A DNA stretch of 64,000 nucleotides from the NCBI RefSeq assembly GCF_009914755.1, contig NC_060927.1. The stretch is one strand, 5' to 3'. The stretch is from the human T2T-CHM13v2.0 reference genome, Homo sapiens. A program made the translations under genes and the position numbers. A model generated the notes under the pieces. It worked only from the letters and a program-made list of their open reading frames with translations. It had not been told where the DNA came from and did no database searches. Each line of letters opens with the position of its first letter. The stretch's first letter is position 1. Positions 42,542-56,449 of this stretch are shown here, piece by piece.

Positions 42542-42955
42542 ATCCATCAATGATACACTGGATAAAGAAAATGTAGCACATATACACCATGGAATACTAT
42601 GCAGCCATAAAAAAGGATGAGTTCATGTCCTTTGCAGGGACATGGATGAACCTGGAAACCATCATTCTCAGCAAACTGTCACAAGAACAGAAAACCAAAC
42701 ACCGCATGTTCTCCCTCATAAGTGGGAGTTAAACAGTGAGAACATATGGACATATGGAGAGGAACATCACACACTGGGGCCTGTTGGGGGTTGGGGGGCT
42801 AGGGGAGGGATAACATTAGGAGAAATACCTAATGTAGATGACGGGTTGATGGGTGTAGCAAACCACCAAGGCACGTGTATACCTATGTAACAAAACTGCA
42901 TGTCCTGCATGTGTACCCCAGAACTTAAAGTATAATAAAAAATAATACTAATGAT
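42542..42955 (+). mobile_element. L1PA7-like 3' end
   Basis: GGGGCTAGGGGAGGGATAACATTAGG...GATGACGGGTTGATGGG, then an A tail. Confidence 0.92.
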
Positions 42956-43879
42956 AAAAAATTTATCCAGGAAGAAACACTGAGTAGAAAATTTGTGCCC
43001 AAATGAATGCATGGAGTGTTTTTTAAAGAGAAAACCTATTAATCAGAAATGGCCTGAATGATATGGATTTCTCTCCCTCCAACTTCATGGGCAATTTCCC
43101 ACAATCCTGCCCAATGTCACACTTCCTAGTGTTTAGGATTAGAAATTCAGAGGGGGCCAAGAAATGGACAATTTTAGAACAACCCAGAAGTCAGATGTCC
43201 CTCTTTAGGCCCATCCAAGAATCTAGGGTCAACCGTTAAATATATCCAATAATAAATATGACTTTTGGTGTCTGAGTAAATTATTCTTCTAAGTGGGACT
43301 CACCTATTTTACCATACTAGGATATATCATACAGACATACTAAAAGTAGTCATTGAACCAGAGCTAAGGACTTCAGGTATTGATGAGAGAAGAGGTACTA
43401 CTTTGGCACATTTCAAACTTTAGGAATTGGTGAGCTCCTTAAGCAAAGAAGGAGAGAAAAGCTAAAATGCAACTTTATTATTTTAACTCTAAAACTAATT
43501 TTTTGGGGACATTCGAAAACCAATTTTATTTGAGTGTCATTAAATTACTACAGATAGAGTCCTTGCTTGGTGCTTGGCTTTCAGCTATCACAAGCAATAT
43601 AGATGTGAGATGGTTCCTGGCCAACCAAAGCTTCTTTCTGGAGAAGACAATCATTAAAAAAGGAATATTATAATAATTAAGGTTTGATGGCTTAGAATTT
43701 ACTATCGTGAGTTATCAATCAAATCTGGGGGTTAGAAAGTTCTTCTTGAAAGAGGAGCTTTTAAACTAAGAGCTAAAGGAAAATTAGATATTAGCTAGGT
43801 GAGGGGAAGGTGCTAGGGAGTGAGAGTGGATGTGGGAGAGTGTTCAAGGCATAAGTGGAAACACTTAATTAAAAACACA

Positions 43880-44636
43880 AGTGGGTTGAATTGATTCCTC
43901 CAAAAAGATATACCCAAGTCTAACCTCTAGTACCTGTGAATGAAACCCTATTTGAAAGTAAAGTCTTTGCAGACATAATTAAGATACAGGTGTCTTGTGT
44001 TTAAGCTGGGGCCTAACTCCAATGACTGGCATCCTTTATTAGAGAAAGTAGGAGATTGGAGAGACACAGGCATATGACAGATACAGAGAGAAGACCATGT
44101 GAAGACTGAGGCAGAGACTGAAGCTATGCAGCCCAAGCCAAAGAATGCGAAGGGTTGCCAGCAGCCACTGGAAACTAGGAGAGAGCCATGAAGTAAATTG
44201 TCTCTCAGAGACTCCGGAGGGAACCAACCTTACCTATGGTTGTATTAGCATGTTGGGTAAAAACAAGAACACTAGCCTAGCAAATCATATTTGTTTTTTT
44301 GTTAAGTTCTGTTCCTTAATTGCTAGGTGATTTTCGACAAGGCCTCACCATCTCGAAAACTCGGAGAAATAATACCCGCTGAAATGGTCTCAGCAGGATA
44401 CATCTTATATTTGAGATCCAAAATGAATCATTTTTAATACCTCCTACTGTATACAACAAAATTATTTTCAGTGATAGTCATGGAATGAATAAATATTCCA
44501 AGACAATAATAGCATTAACATAATTTAATTCCTTTTTGAACTTCTGGCCTTCAGAATACTGAGACAATAATTTTCAATTATTTTAAGATACAAAGGTTGT
44601 TTTAATTTGTAATGGCAGCCCTAGGATACTAATACA
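43880..44636 (+). mobile_element. MLT1B/C LTR interrupted by a ~295-bp insert
   Basis: GTGGGTTGAATTG...TACCTGTGAATG...GGAACCAACC [insert] GAACTTCTGGCCTTCAGAA...GCAGCCCTAGGATACTAATACA. Confidence 0.88.
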
Positions 44637-45998
44637 TTCTTGATTTAGAATAAAAATCCTAGATAGTTGAATAAGAATACCCTTAATAAACAGAAAAAAA
44701 TTACTCTTTATATCAAGGACTGCATTATGCATTTCATACCGAATACCAACTTCCTATTAGCCAGAGAGCAATAAATTATGTCTAAGAAATATGTGAGTTC
44801 TGAAAACAGTAAAATGAGTAAAGCAAAGCTCATATGTGTGAAGTGTTAAATAGTTAAGTATTTTTATTTTACAATTATTAATATGAACAGACATATTAAG
44901 AATTACTTCATTTTACAGATAAGGACAGTGACCTGTTCAAGCTTCTCTAGTTGCAGAAGCGAGATACATGTTAGTCAAAAACAGATGACCTCATGCTCTT
45001 TCAAGCTTTATACAAGATCCCATTTAGATATCTGTAGTAAAGACAATTCCTCAAGTGTGTACAAATTCCAAAGTGTTAGTGAGTCGCTCATGTGCTAAGT
45101 GAATCTCTAAGTGACTGTATACCACAAGAAAAAGTTTACATAGCAACAAGTCAGACATCATAAATTTTGAAACAATAATTGAAAATCTGTGAAGCATGAT
45201 GGCTTTTTAGGCTGCAATCTTGTTTTCACTTTTATTTTTTCTCTGGAATTGGACAAGTCCTATTACTTTGATATGCCTCAGTTCCTTCCTTTTTAAAAGT
45301 TGAGGTAATAATAGCATCAATTGCAGATGGTTAGGTGAGGGTTGAATGGAAACATAAATGCAAATTTCTCAAAAGAGTACATGGTAAGTGCTCATTGAAT
45401 GTTAGGCAGCATTAGCTATTAAAACATCTCCTTACTTTGTGCTTTAGGAAGGCCACACATAAATTTTAAAAAACATTTTGTTTATTTGTTTTATGCATGG
45501 TGCTAAACTAGATTTAGGAAATTATTTTTGAAAAAAAGAAACAATTTGTGGTACAAATAAGTTGGTGAAACACCAACCTACTCCTTGAAGATTTAGAATA
45601 TATAATACATTTAAAGACTCCTTAAACTTTATTGTAAATAAATTTGTTTAACCTTGCATTTTCCTAATTTATTTGACAACAAAGTGCATTCTCTATGAAA
45701 GATCTATTAGAATGTTGTATAAAAATAACAACACTAGCCTAGCAAATCAGATTTGTTTTTTGTTAATTTCTGTTCCTTAATTGCTAGGTGATTTTGGAAA
45801 AGGTAACGCTATCTAGGAAAACTGGGAGAATTAAAACTGGCTGAAATTGTCTTAGAAGGATACATCTTATATTTGACATCTGAAATTAATCATTTTAATA
45901 TATCCTACTGTATACAACAGAATTCTTTTCAGTAATAGTCATAAAATTAATAGATACTCCAAAGGAATGATAGTATTAAAGTAACTCAATTGCTTTTT
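44243..45998 (+). repeat. ~295-bp direct duplication, copies 44243-44537 and 45705-45998
   Basis: Colinear alignment (AACACTAGCCTAGCAAATCA, TTCTGTTCCTTAATTGCTAGGTGATTTT, AGGATACATCTTATATTTGA, TCCTACTGTATACAACA); roughly 83% identity by hand. Confidence 0.95.
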
Positions 45999-46724
45999 TT
46001 TTTAAAAAAAATCTTTATTCTCACTGAGTTACAATTGTTTACATCAAATCAACTTTCAAATGCAGGTATGTTTTGAATCATAAGGGTCAGAATCACAAAC
46101 TACAACCAAAGTGAGCTTGGAAATTTCTGAACTATTACGTACTTTATCTCAAAATGAACACATATTGTTTAGTCTACATGTAGATAAGTCTGGGTGAGGT
46201 TCTGCTTCTGTAACTGGGAGTTCTTTGTATTACTGTTCATGTTGAATACATTGTTTATTAAAGGGTAAGAAATAAAAATGCTCTCATTTTCTGCTTCCAA
46301 ATATATTATTACAACTCAATAAAGTCTGAATAATTTAGAGAAAATTCCTCAGTTATGCACTAAACTATAATGGCAATCATAGAAGAAATTATAACCACAA
46401 ATATTGATTAGAATAGAACAAAAAAACTTGGAGGAGAGTATTTTGGAATATTTTATTACTATATTACTTAAAATGGTCAAGGTATGGTGACAGTAGTAAG
46501 GAGGATGATTTTTAGTAGGTTTTATTATTGTGTTTAAATTCTCTACAGAAAATGCCCTTTATTGCTTGCACCCTATGGTCCTCCCCACTAGTTTGAACAG
46601 AAAGTTTTAATAACAAAGGCATAAAATGTGCATAAGAGTTCTTTGTAAACCCCTAAGTACAACAAAACAGTAAGGTATCATTAAGAGTTTGGCAATTGGA
46701 CTTTACTAGGGAGCTTGCTCCATT

Positions 46725-48155
46725 AGCAGAGGTTTTCTTACATGTCTTTTTAACCTACAGACTCTTTGGAAGATTAGTGAAGCCTTTGGATCTCCTTTTT
46801 GGAATGTTATTATTAATGGATAAAATAAAATAAATGGAGTTAAAATGATATTAAAAATCTGTTGAAGGACTAATCCACAAGGAACTGAAACAAATAAGCA
46901 AGAAAAAAATAACAATCCCATCAAAAAGTGGACTAAGGACATGTATAGATAATTCTCCAAAGAAGATATACAAACGGCCAATAAACATATGAAAAAATGC
47001 TCAACATCACTAACCATCAGGGAAGCACAAGTCAAAACCACAATGTGATACCAGTTTACTTCTGCAAGAACAGCCATAATTAAAAAATAATAGATGTTGG
47101 CACGGGTATGGTGAAAAGGGAACACTTTTGCACTGCTGGTGGGAATGAAAACTAGTACAACCATTATGGAAAACAGCGTAGAGATTCCTTAAAGAACTAA
47201 ATATAGAACTAACATTTGATCCAGCAGTCTCATTATCCGATCCAGATACTCACTACTGAGTATCTACTCAGAGGAAAAGAAGTCATTATGCGAAAAAGAT
47301 ACTTGCACACGCATGTTTATAGCAGCAAAATTCACAATTGCAAAAATACAGAACCAGCCCAAATACCCATCAATCAACGAGTGGATAAATAAATTGTGGT
47401 GTATATATATATACCATGGAATACTACTCAGCCATAAAAAGGAACGACATAATGGCATTTGTAGCAACCTGGATGGAATTGGAGACCATTATTCTAAGTG
47501 AAGTAACTCAGGAATGGAAAATCAAACATCATTTGTTCTCACTCATAAGTGGAAGCTAAGTTATGAGGATGCAAAGGCATAAGAATGATACAATGGACTT
47601 TGAGAATTCAGGGGAAAGGGTGGGAGGGGTGTGAGGGATAAAAGACTACACACTGGGTAAGGGGTACACTGCTCGGGTGATGAGTGAACCAAAATCTCGG
47701 AAATCACCATCAAAGAACTTACTCATGTAACCAAACACCACCTGTTCCCCAATAACCTATGTAAATTTAAAAATAATAATAATAAATAATTTTTTAAGTT
47801 GAAGAAAAAAATTTGGTAATGAAAATATCTTGTCTATGTTATGTAAATATGTGCTTTTTTATTAACACATTAATTAATATGTGGCAGAACGTCAAATTTC
47901 CATGATATTTTGAAACATCTACAGCAACTGTAATGTAATAAAAAAAAATCCGTGATTTTGGTTGGCAACAAAGTCACTGGTACTGCTAATACTACTGTGG
48001 TTTATTGTTATGCTCATAATTGGAAAATGCTATACTTCAAGCAAGGTAAGTGGTAATATAGGCATATCATTATTTTTATTCAAGTACTCAAATTCACTGC
48101 ACTGTATTCAAATACCTTTTGAGGATCTGTGGATTCCAGGTAAATCACCCTGAAC
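46725..48155. mobile_element. Probable hAT-Charlie-type DNA transposon relic split by L1PB
   Basis: CAGAGGTTTTCTT...CAGACTCTTTGGAAG on the left; CAAAGTCACTGGTACTGCTAATACTACTGTGG...CCCTG on the right. Confidence 0.35.
46873..47790 (+). mobile_element. L1PB1-like 3' fragment
   Basis: AAGTAACTCAGGAATGGAAA...GAAATCACCATCAAAGAACTTACTCATGTAACCAAACACCACCTGTTCCCC. Confidence 0.92.
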
Positions 48156-50034
48156 AGCTTAAAATGGACTTAAAAGTATCTAAACATCTCATCTCAACCG
48201 TTGAATCTGCTCTTTTGCTTGGGAAATTCCCACCAACAAGCTTGTAAATCTCTCAAGTTTGAATAGGTATAATGAGGATTTATGAGGGTAAACAGTAAGT
48301 CCTTGAACATTATGTTTTCTTTTTTATTAGGTGCAGATGAGAGGGATGATTTATGATATGCAAGAAGATGCTTTTAAAAACATTTTCCCTGAAGAAACTA
48401 AACAAAAAACAAAAAACAAAAACAACAAGTGGGAAAGTGCACAAAGATGAACATATATGTTTACCAAGTTGGGTAAAGGAGGAGAAAAGCTGTTTTAAGC
48501 AGAATTTACCATAGGATTTGGGCATAATTTTTCATTTTGAATTTGAGATTTCATAGGCAAATGAAATACATAACATTAAGATCTAAATAACCAGACAACT
48601 TTAAAACACACTTTTCTTTAAAAATCAAGTTTAGGTACATTATGTAATTATTAAACAAGATTCATAATTGTACATTTACCAGTTTAAGGTCCATGGATTC
48701 AATTTCCTTACTGATTTAGGATTATCTGGAATATTCTTGTCCAAAGGCCTATGCATGCTTTTAACATTAGCAAATTAAACAATCAATCTATATTAAATTA
48801 TTAATCTATATGTGACTGTACCTTGATCTAAATAATTAAGTCTAATTTTAAAGACATTAGTGCATGTTTTCCCTTCTTCATTTTGTATATGTCATAACCT
48901 TACCCTTTATGCTACAGAGAATACTTATAATAACTTGGTTGGCTGTAATTCAGTCTACAGTAACCAGGAAGTGAAAGCAAATGGAAGCACCAAATATGGC
49001 TGCAAGTGCCCTGGGATCTACAGAAGAAAATAATCAAGTGAAGGTCTAAAACTAGTATTTCTGATTAGGAAAGGTGAGTTGCCAAACGATCGACTTGGAG
49101 TATTAGAGAAATGCCTTGATGTTCTTATGGGGCTCATATCCTGATAAAGCTACCTCTGATTCTAGATGGAAAGCATTCAGCAATAACCAAGGGTTAAGAA
49201 ATACAGCTTATTCAACCTGGAACTGAATCTGCAGACCAACCCCCCACCCCCCAAAAAAAAGACTTACATGTTAAGCTTGTTAATATAAGACAGTTACTGA
49301 ACTATGTGCCTGGAGGATTTCAACATGTGCAGTCTGACCTTCTCCCACTCCATTATTTATATGTCGATTGTGCATAAAGCACCTTTCCAATCCCATATGC
49401 TGTTCAATTCCCAGAAAGCCTGAGCTGCTTGGGGGAATTATTTAAATTTTTCAGAATGTAATGTGTACTTCCAGTTTCTGCCTTTTTATTTTACTCATTT
49501 TTCTTCCCTTCATCCCCATACCACCTTCCAAATCATTTCCAGTGTTACCTGTCTTTATGAAGCCTTCTTCATTACTGTTCTCTACCTGCCAGTAGAACTG
49601 ATGAGCCATTCTGTAGCTCTCCCAGGAAGCTTTGCTTAGTGCTTTATAACAGGCTTTCTCTGACCCATGCGTGACTGTGTAACACCACAGAAACTTGAGA
49701 TTTTTTAACTGCTAGGTATGCAATGGAGCAATTCCTGACTTGGCAACTATTGCTGAATTAACTAAAATCCAGAATAAACTACAAATAAAAAACAACAACA
49801 AAAACAGAAGAGTATAATATGTACTCCACTAAGCTGAGGAAAATGCAGAGTGCTCTAGAGGTACATCAGGAAAGAATCTGAGAGTCACGCTGTATTATAA
49901 CACTTACACATCTGTATTATTCCCCTTTTTAGCATAGGCTCTAAGCAGAACTTAATAAACAATTATTGCACAAATCAAGAAATAAATGATAATGGAATGT
50001 AAATCACACTCTGTAAATAATCTATGATCTAGAG

Positions 50035-50378
50035 CAGTGGTCCCCAACCTTTTTGGCACCTGGGGCGGATTTCGTGGAAGATGATTTTTTCCACGGATGG
50101 GGGGATGGGGGAAATGGTTTCAGGATGAAACTGTTCCACCTCAGATTATCAGGCATTAGTCGCATTCTCATAAGGAGTGTGCAGGCTAGATCCCTCGCAT
50201 GCGCACTTCACAATAGGGTTCACATTCCTATGAAAATTGAATGTCCCGCCTTTCTGACAGGAGGCAGAGCTCAGGCGGTAATACTTGCCCACTCACTGCT
50301 CACCTCCTGCTACGTGGCCACGTTCCTAACAGGCCACGGACCTGTACTGGTCCACAGCCCAAGGGTTGGAGAACCCTG
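50035..50378. mobile_element. MER1B (hAT-Charlie MITE)
   Basis: TIRs CAGTGGTCCCCAACC / GGTTGGAGAACCCTG; degenerate 8-bp TSD ATCTAGAG / ATCTACAA. Confidence 0.92.
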
Positions 50379-50825
50379 ATCTACAATAGGAGCGACGCAT
50401 AGGAGAATGGCCCAAAGCTGGTATCTGGAAGTCACTCTGGTAGAACTTAAATATCTGTCAAACCTTTGGAAAGTTACCTTACCATGATGGGTAATGGATA
50501 TAGGAAATCTACAATATCAAAAAAGCCTTAATTTTTAATGGACCTGCAAATAACTCATGGATTAATTCCTATTACTTTAGTTAACAGGATGTTATCCCTT
50601 AAAATTTATAAATACGTTATGTCAGTTACATTATAATTAGTCTTCTGGAACTAGATCTTTCATCAACAATATTTTAGAACCTGAGCATAAGTAGCATAAG
50701 ACCTTCCATGATGTTATTGTGCTATATTTAGTCCAATATACCTATACCAACTCAGGCCACGTTAACATGGAAGTTCGCATTCCCTAGTTTTCCTTTTAAA
50801 AATTCAATAGAAAATTTGCATTTAC

Positions 50826-50857
50826 CTTAGTCATTTTGACTACTTTGACACCAAAGT
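50826..50857 (-). other. Candidate 32-nt exon
   Basis: tttttcctttctcattgtggtttgcttag|ACTTTGGTGTCAAAGTAGTCAAAATGACTAAG|gtaaat. One open frame (xFGVKVVKMTK). Confidence 0.5.
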
Positions 50858-52089
50858 CTAAGCAAACCACAATGAGAAAGGAAAAATAAATCTAAAAACA
50901 TACACAATACCAAATACCGAAAAGGCTTTTTGTACAAAATTACAACTGATCTTCATAGTCAGTGTTACCTGGTTTTAACTACAATTGTTTTACAAAGTTT
51001 TGAAAGGGGATTTTATTGCCAGAATGCCAAATACTCTCTTATTAAAGAAACATTACAAATATTGAAAAGACAGGAATCATTTTCAAAGTATTTTGATATA
51101 ATTGGGCACATTTTATATACACATTTTGATTCTTTGATGCAGTGAACTGGGTCTTATAGAATATGTTAGAATATATTATTCAAATGAATTTAGTCCTTGG
51201 TTTAACATTTATATTACTATTTCTCAAGTATATCTATAGGGGATATATTGAAATCAATATGGGTCTAAAGAGCTTTTCCTTTCTAGATGGGCACACTTCA
51301 TGTGCATTTATTCCCCTGATTATGATCAAGCTCTGCTAGATGGGCTAGGTAAATTTTTTTTGTCTCACTTAATGCATCTTATTGTACACACTAGGATTAC
51401 CTTTTGTTTAATATTGCTCTAATTTTTCTATAGAGATTTCCAGCAAATATACAAAAGAATTTGTGTGTATGTGTGTGTGTGTGCCCATGTTGTTGGTTTA
51501 ACAAATATAAATTATTAAGATTCTCAATGTCATTTTCAAAACTTAAAACTGCAAAAGCTAGCTGTGGAAATCAATGCATATTCAAGAAATTGGAGCTTGG
51601 TTTAGTTTATGTGTGGGGATATTATCAGCTTTACTTTAACAAAAGAACCATTTACCTTCATGGGACTATGGTTCGTTTGTCTTTAGATCATTCTAAATCA
51701 CCACTATTACATATGATTTCATTTTATTTCTAATAGGCTATACACATGCTATTCTAGGGTGAAGCATAATATAGCAATTTCTTTCCAGCACAGAGAAGAC
51801 ATGTGAGATCAATTTTTTTTCCTCCATACATTTCCTATTTTAACACACAGTAACTAATTTTACTTGCCAGATTTTATGGCCTTTTATTGGTAATGCAGTT
51901 TTATTTATATTCTTGCTTGCTACTAATTATCACATTCTGCATAATTTATAATGTATTCTACTGATGGTGAAGCCTGAATAATGAAATCCATCTATAGAAA
52001 GAAATCGACTGCCTTGCAACGAAAATGCCAAGGAGAGTATGAACAGAAATTGTAAAAGACTGAGGAATTTATATTTAAAGTGAACTCAC

Positions 52090-52099
52090 TTCCTTTGTT
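52090..52099 (-). other. Candidate 10-nt microexon AACAAAGGAA
   Basis: ctaatatctttatttttcgcttgcag|AACAAAGGAA|gtgagtt. CTAAT branch point, pyrimidine tract, GTGAGT donor. Confidence 0.55.
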
Positions 52100-53125
52100 C
52101 TGCAAGCGAAAAATAAAGATATTAGTAGAATGGAGCTCAGCTGAATTTTGTCGAACACAATTTTATCTACTTTTTGTAAACTATGTGATTTCTTGCACCA
52201 GCTAATTAAAAAAATAAAAATAAAAAATAAAATCCAGGTATAAGTGCACAATTTATCAATGACTTCATCTGTAGAGATGATTCTGTGAATAGCCTAGGAG
52301 CTCTTTTGTGACTATTATTTACATTACAAAACACTGGCCTGCTTCAAAGAGGTAGAATTAGTCTATTAATGCATTCCTTTCCCATGTCTATCAACCAGCT
52401 TGACCTGCTAATATGGGAATATGCCTTATAAACAAATGTTTCTCATACTTAATGGTCAAGTTTCTTGAACTGGCCACTCTGTGCTACTGGTATTTAAAAT
52501 TTTCGAACCATTTTTAGTGCCAACATTGATCTTTATTGATCTCTAGTTGTCATTTTGTCCCCTGGCAATCTTATTCATTTTGCCACTTGGACCTTGCTTT
52601 TAATCTTAGAGAAGCTGAACATAGTTCAGAAGAAATTTTGGTATTATTTCTATCAAACTTAAAAGGAATGTGCTATATTGCCTTTTCTTTTATTAATATG
52701 AAAATATGGACACTTTGCTAAATAATAAAAATTATGTGAAACAAGAGATTTACAGAAATGGAAAATAAACTGATAGATTATGACTCTTAAGTGAATTTAA
52801 CATAGAAAATGTATATCCTATGCTTTTTCCTACTATTGCCTTAAAAGTTTTCACATCTTTGTAATCTGTATTCCTATAAATTTCAATTTATAAATAGTTG
52901 GGAATTATTCATACATTCATTTATTCAAATATGTATTATATTTACGTCTCGTGTACTTTGTAAGGACACTGACAAAAATATTGATTCCATCAGTATGATA
53001 AGCAAAACTATGTTTTGTGCATAATTTCATTACTTATTTTGGATAATACACAGATAGGCTCTACCTATGTGAAGATGTAGAAGATGCATTCCCTGTTACA
53101 AGAAACTTAATATTTGTTTGGGAAT

Positions 53126-53484
53126 TGATATGGTTTGGCTGTGTCCCCACCCAGATTTTATCTTGAACTGTGGCTCCCATAATTCCTATGTCTTGTGGGA
53201 GGGATCTGGTGGGAGATAATTGAATAATTGGGGCAGTTTCCCCCATACTGTTCTCATGGTAGTGAATAAGTCTCACAAGATCTAATGGTTTTATAAGGGT
53301 AAACCCCTTACGCTTGGTTCTCATTCTCTCTTGCCTGCTGCCATCTAAGACATCATTTACTCTTCTGCCATGATTGTGAGGCCTCCCCAGACATGTGGAA
53401 CTGTGAGTCAATTAAACCTCTTTCCTTTATAGATTACCCAGTCTCTGGTATGTCTTTGTTAGCAGCATAAAAACAACTAATACA
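53126..53484 (+). mobile_element. THE1B-like solo LTR
   Basis: TGATATGGTTTGGCTGTGTCCCCACCC...CTAATACA; perfect 5-bp TSD GGAAT. Confidence 0.95.
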
Positions 53485-54296
53485 GGAATGCATATAAATA
53501 ATAATAAGGATCACTTATAAAGAATCTCACAGCTGCTAAGTAAGACAGTATAAAATAAGTGCAAAATAAATGGGTAAGCAAATGCTAAAAAACAGATCTT
53601 CTAAGGACCGTGATAACCATAGAGGGATGTAGAATTGGATTTGACCTTGAAACCTCAAAATAAAGATAGGATATAATATTTATGTCTATTTAGGAAATAG
53701 CGTTTGACCAGTGGAATAAATAGTTAATTTTATCCTCAAGTCCATTTTCCTCTTCTTCTATAATAATTGTTCTAGCTATGCCATCAGCTGCCCAGCTGGA
53801 GATCTGCAACATGGCCGAGTCAAACTCCTCAACAACAACAGGGTGTGTTGAAACGGCAAAAGGGAATTACATGGAGAACTCTTTTGGAATAGAGCGACTT
53901 CTCCACCCTGCTCTGTCCACTGACCACAGTTGTGTCATGTAAAATATATAAACTTCCACTTTGTTTGAACCAATATTTATTTTTTTATGTCATGGTATTA
54001 TAATTTTTGCACTATCTAATGTAACTTCTAACACAGACAACAAAGACCCCATCCAGAGACATTGTGAAAAATGGCAGATGGCTGAAGTGGAACAAAAAAT
54101 GAAAGATTGTTAATTCTGTCATGATACAGAGCAAGGTAAAGGGGAAAGTGAAAGGAAAGTGTTAGAGTGTACTAATTGTGGTCCCATTGAATGGGGCTCA
54201 AAGTGAGTTTTCAGTAAGCCTTGCTTTGGGAAAAGCTGAAGATTTTAGTTTTTGATAAATTGCCTCTGAATAAATGACTGCATTCGGATGAAAATG

Positions 54297-54636
54297 CAGT
54301 CATGTATCTCTGAATGCCAAGGATATATTCTGAGAGATGTGTCATTAGGCGATTAAGTCCTGGGAACATCACAAAGGGTACTTTCACAAACCTAGATGCT
54401 ATAGCCTACTACATACTTGGGCTATAGGATGTAACCTATTGCTCCTAGGCTACAAACCTGTAAATCATGTTACTGTACTAAATGCTGTAAAGAATTGTAA
54501 CAAAATGGTAAGTATTTGTGTAGGTAAACATAGAAAATGTGCAGGAAAATTGTGATATTATGAAGAATCTTATGGGACCACTGTCATGTATGTGGGTCTA
54601 TCATTGATGGAAGCATTGCTAAGATGAGCATGACTG
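54297..54636. mobile_element. Tigger3a/MER7-like TcMar DNA transposon
   Basis: TIR CAGTCATG...CATGACTG; internal CCTATTGCTCCTAGGCTACAAACCTG. Confidence 0.88.
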
Positions 54637-55556
54637 TGTCTAGCAGACAATCATGGATCTGGGACGGGGTTGGGGGTGGGGGAACCAAAAAGAAAGCCAG
54701 TAGAGAAATCTCTAATATGGGAGCAGTTCATGCAGAAGGAGAGTGCAGAACTGGGGAAGGAAAGCTTTCTCAGTGGGAGAGTTGAAAAGAAAAGCGTGGG
54801 TCTGACTGAGGATTGAGCCTTGAGGTACAAGGCATTTAAGCATCAGGAGACCTAACTGCTTTCAAGGACATAACCACAATAGAGAGGAACATTTAATATA
54901 CCACTTGTTAGCCAAGGTCACTCTTCCCTCTAAGGATAGAAACAGCACTGACCTTGATCAGATGACCAAAATGTTTGCTTTGTCTTAGAGATCCCCCACG
55001 GGGATCAGTCAAGTTGCTAGTCTTTCTGAGCCTTAAAATTTTTGTCTGTAAAGTGGGGTGATACATGTTTAAAGTGATCCTGAGGTGCTAGACTGTACAT
55101 TTCTCTGCTCTCTGCTTGATAAAAGGTCTAGTCAGTTTTCAAGAAAACTTTCAGATGTCAGCACTTCCGTGAAGCCAGAACCCTGCGGAAAAATTCATAT
55201 CTTTTGATTTTGGTATACTTAAAGCTTAAGTGTTGTGGGAAAGATGCTATTTATTCTTGTAGATTTAAAGTCATTCTGTTACATACTCACTATAATAACA
55301 AAGCTTACTTATTAAATAAATACCACAAATAAGGATTTCAGGCATATATATATATGTGTGTGTGTGTATATATGGTGATAAAACGATTGAAATATTTTAA
55401 TAATTGGCTGAGATTTAGAAATAAGGATTCTTTTACAATTTAGAAGCCATAATTTGGTATGTTGTCTGCTGCTAATTTGAAAAGCCATAATATGCACGTG
55501 ATAGTTCTCTCCTGTGCTCTAATATACTTGAGGGCCAATGGATAAATATGGGTTAA

Positions 55557-55916
<360 letters not shown>

Positions 55917-56449
55917 GACTATCTTTACTCTTAGAAAAGACTCTGAAATCTTTCAGGGAGGAGATTTTCCTATATTAATTGTACTAATCTTACTATAGTG
56001 TTGAGCTGTGTAGCTGCTATATAGTAGCCATCAATAAATATTTGTTGAATAAAAAGATGTTTGTATGCATGAGTGCTTTGGATAAAATAAGACATTTTAT
56101 TAATTCTTTTGTTAGTATAGTTGCTATTAAAATGTACACGTTAATTCAAAACATTGAATTACTTAAAATCATGTATAATTCTATCTAGTATTTCTCTGAT
56201 CAGTCTAAGTTGGTGATATTTATTATAACTTCAAATTGATAATCACAATCATATATATGAAAACGGAATAAGTAATGACATTATTACAAAAGATTAAAAT
56301 AAAAACCATACATAGTTCCTACACTAAATGTTAACAAAGTATTTTCAAGTTTGAAAATGGCCTTTCCTAATACAAAATTTAGTGTTCACTTCTGTTCTTT
56401 TTAGAGGCAGTTTGAGGCTCATATCTGTCATTTTTTTGTTAACCCACAA

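Noticed and set aside
48903-50510. Further minus-strand exon-like segments (~48903-49017 and a 26-nt segment near 50483-50508)
   Set aside because: Stops in all frames or a weak pyrimidine tract; not distinguishable from pseudo-exons without data.
54990-55006. GATCCCC-CAC-GGGGATC hairpin
   Set aside because: A 7-bp stem is expected by chance in 64 kb.
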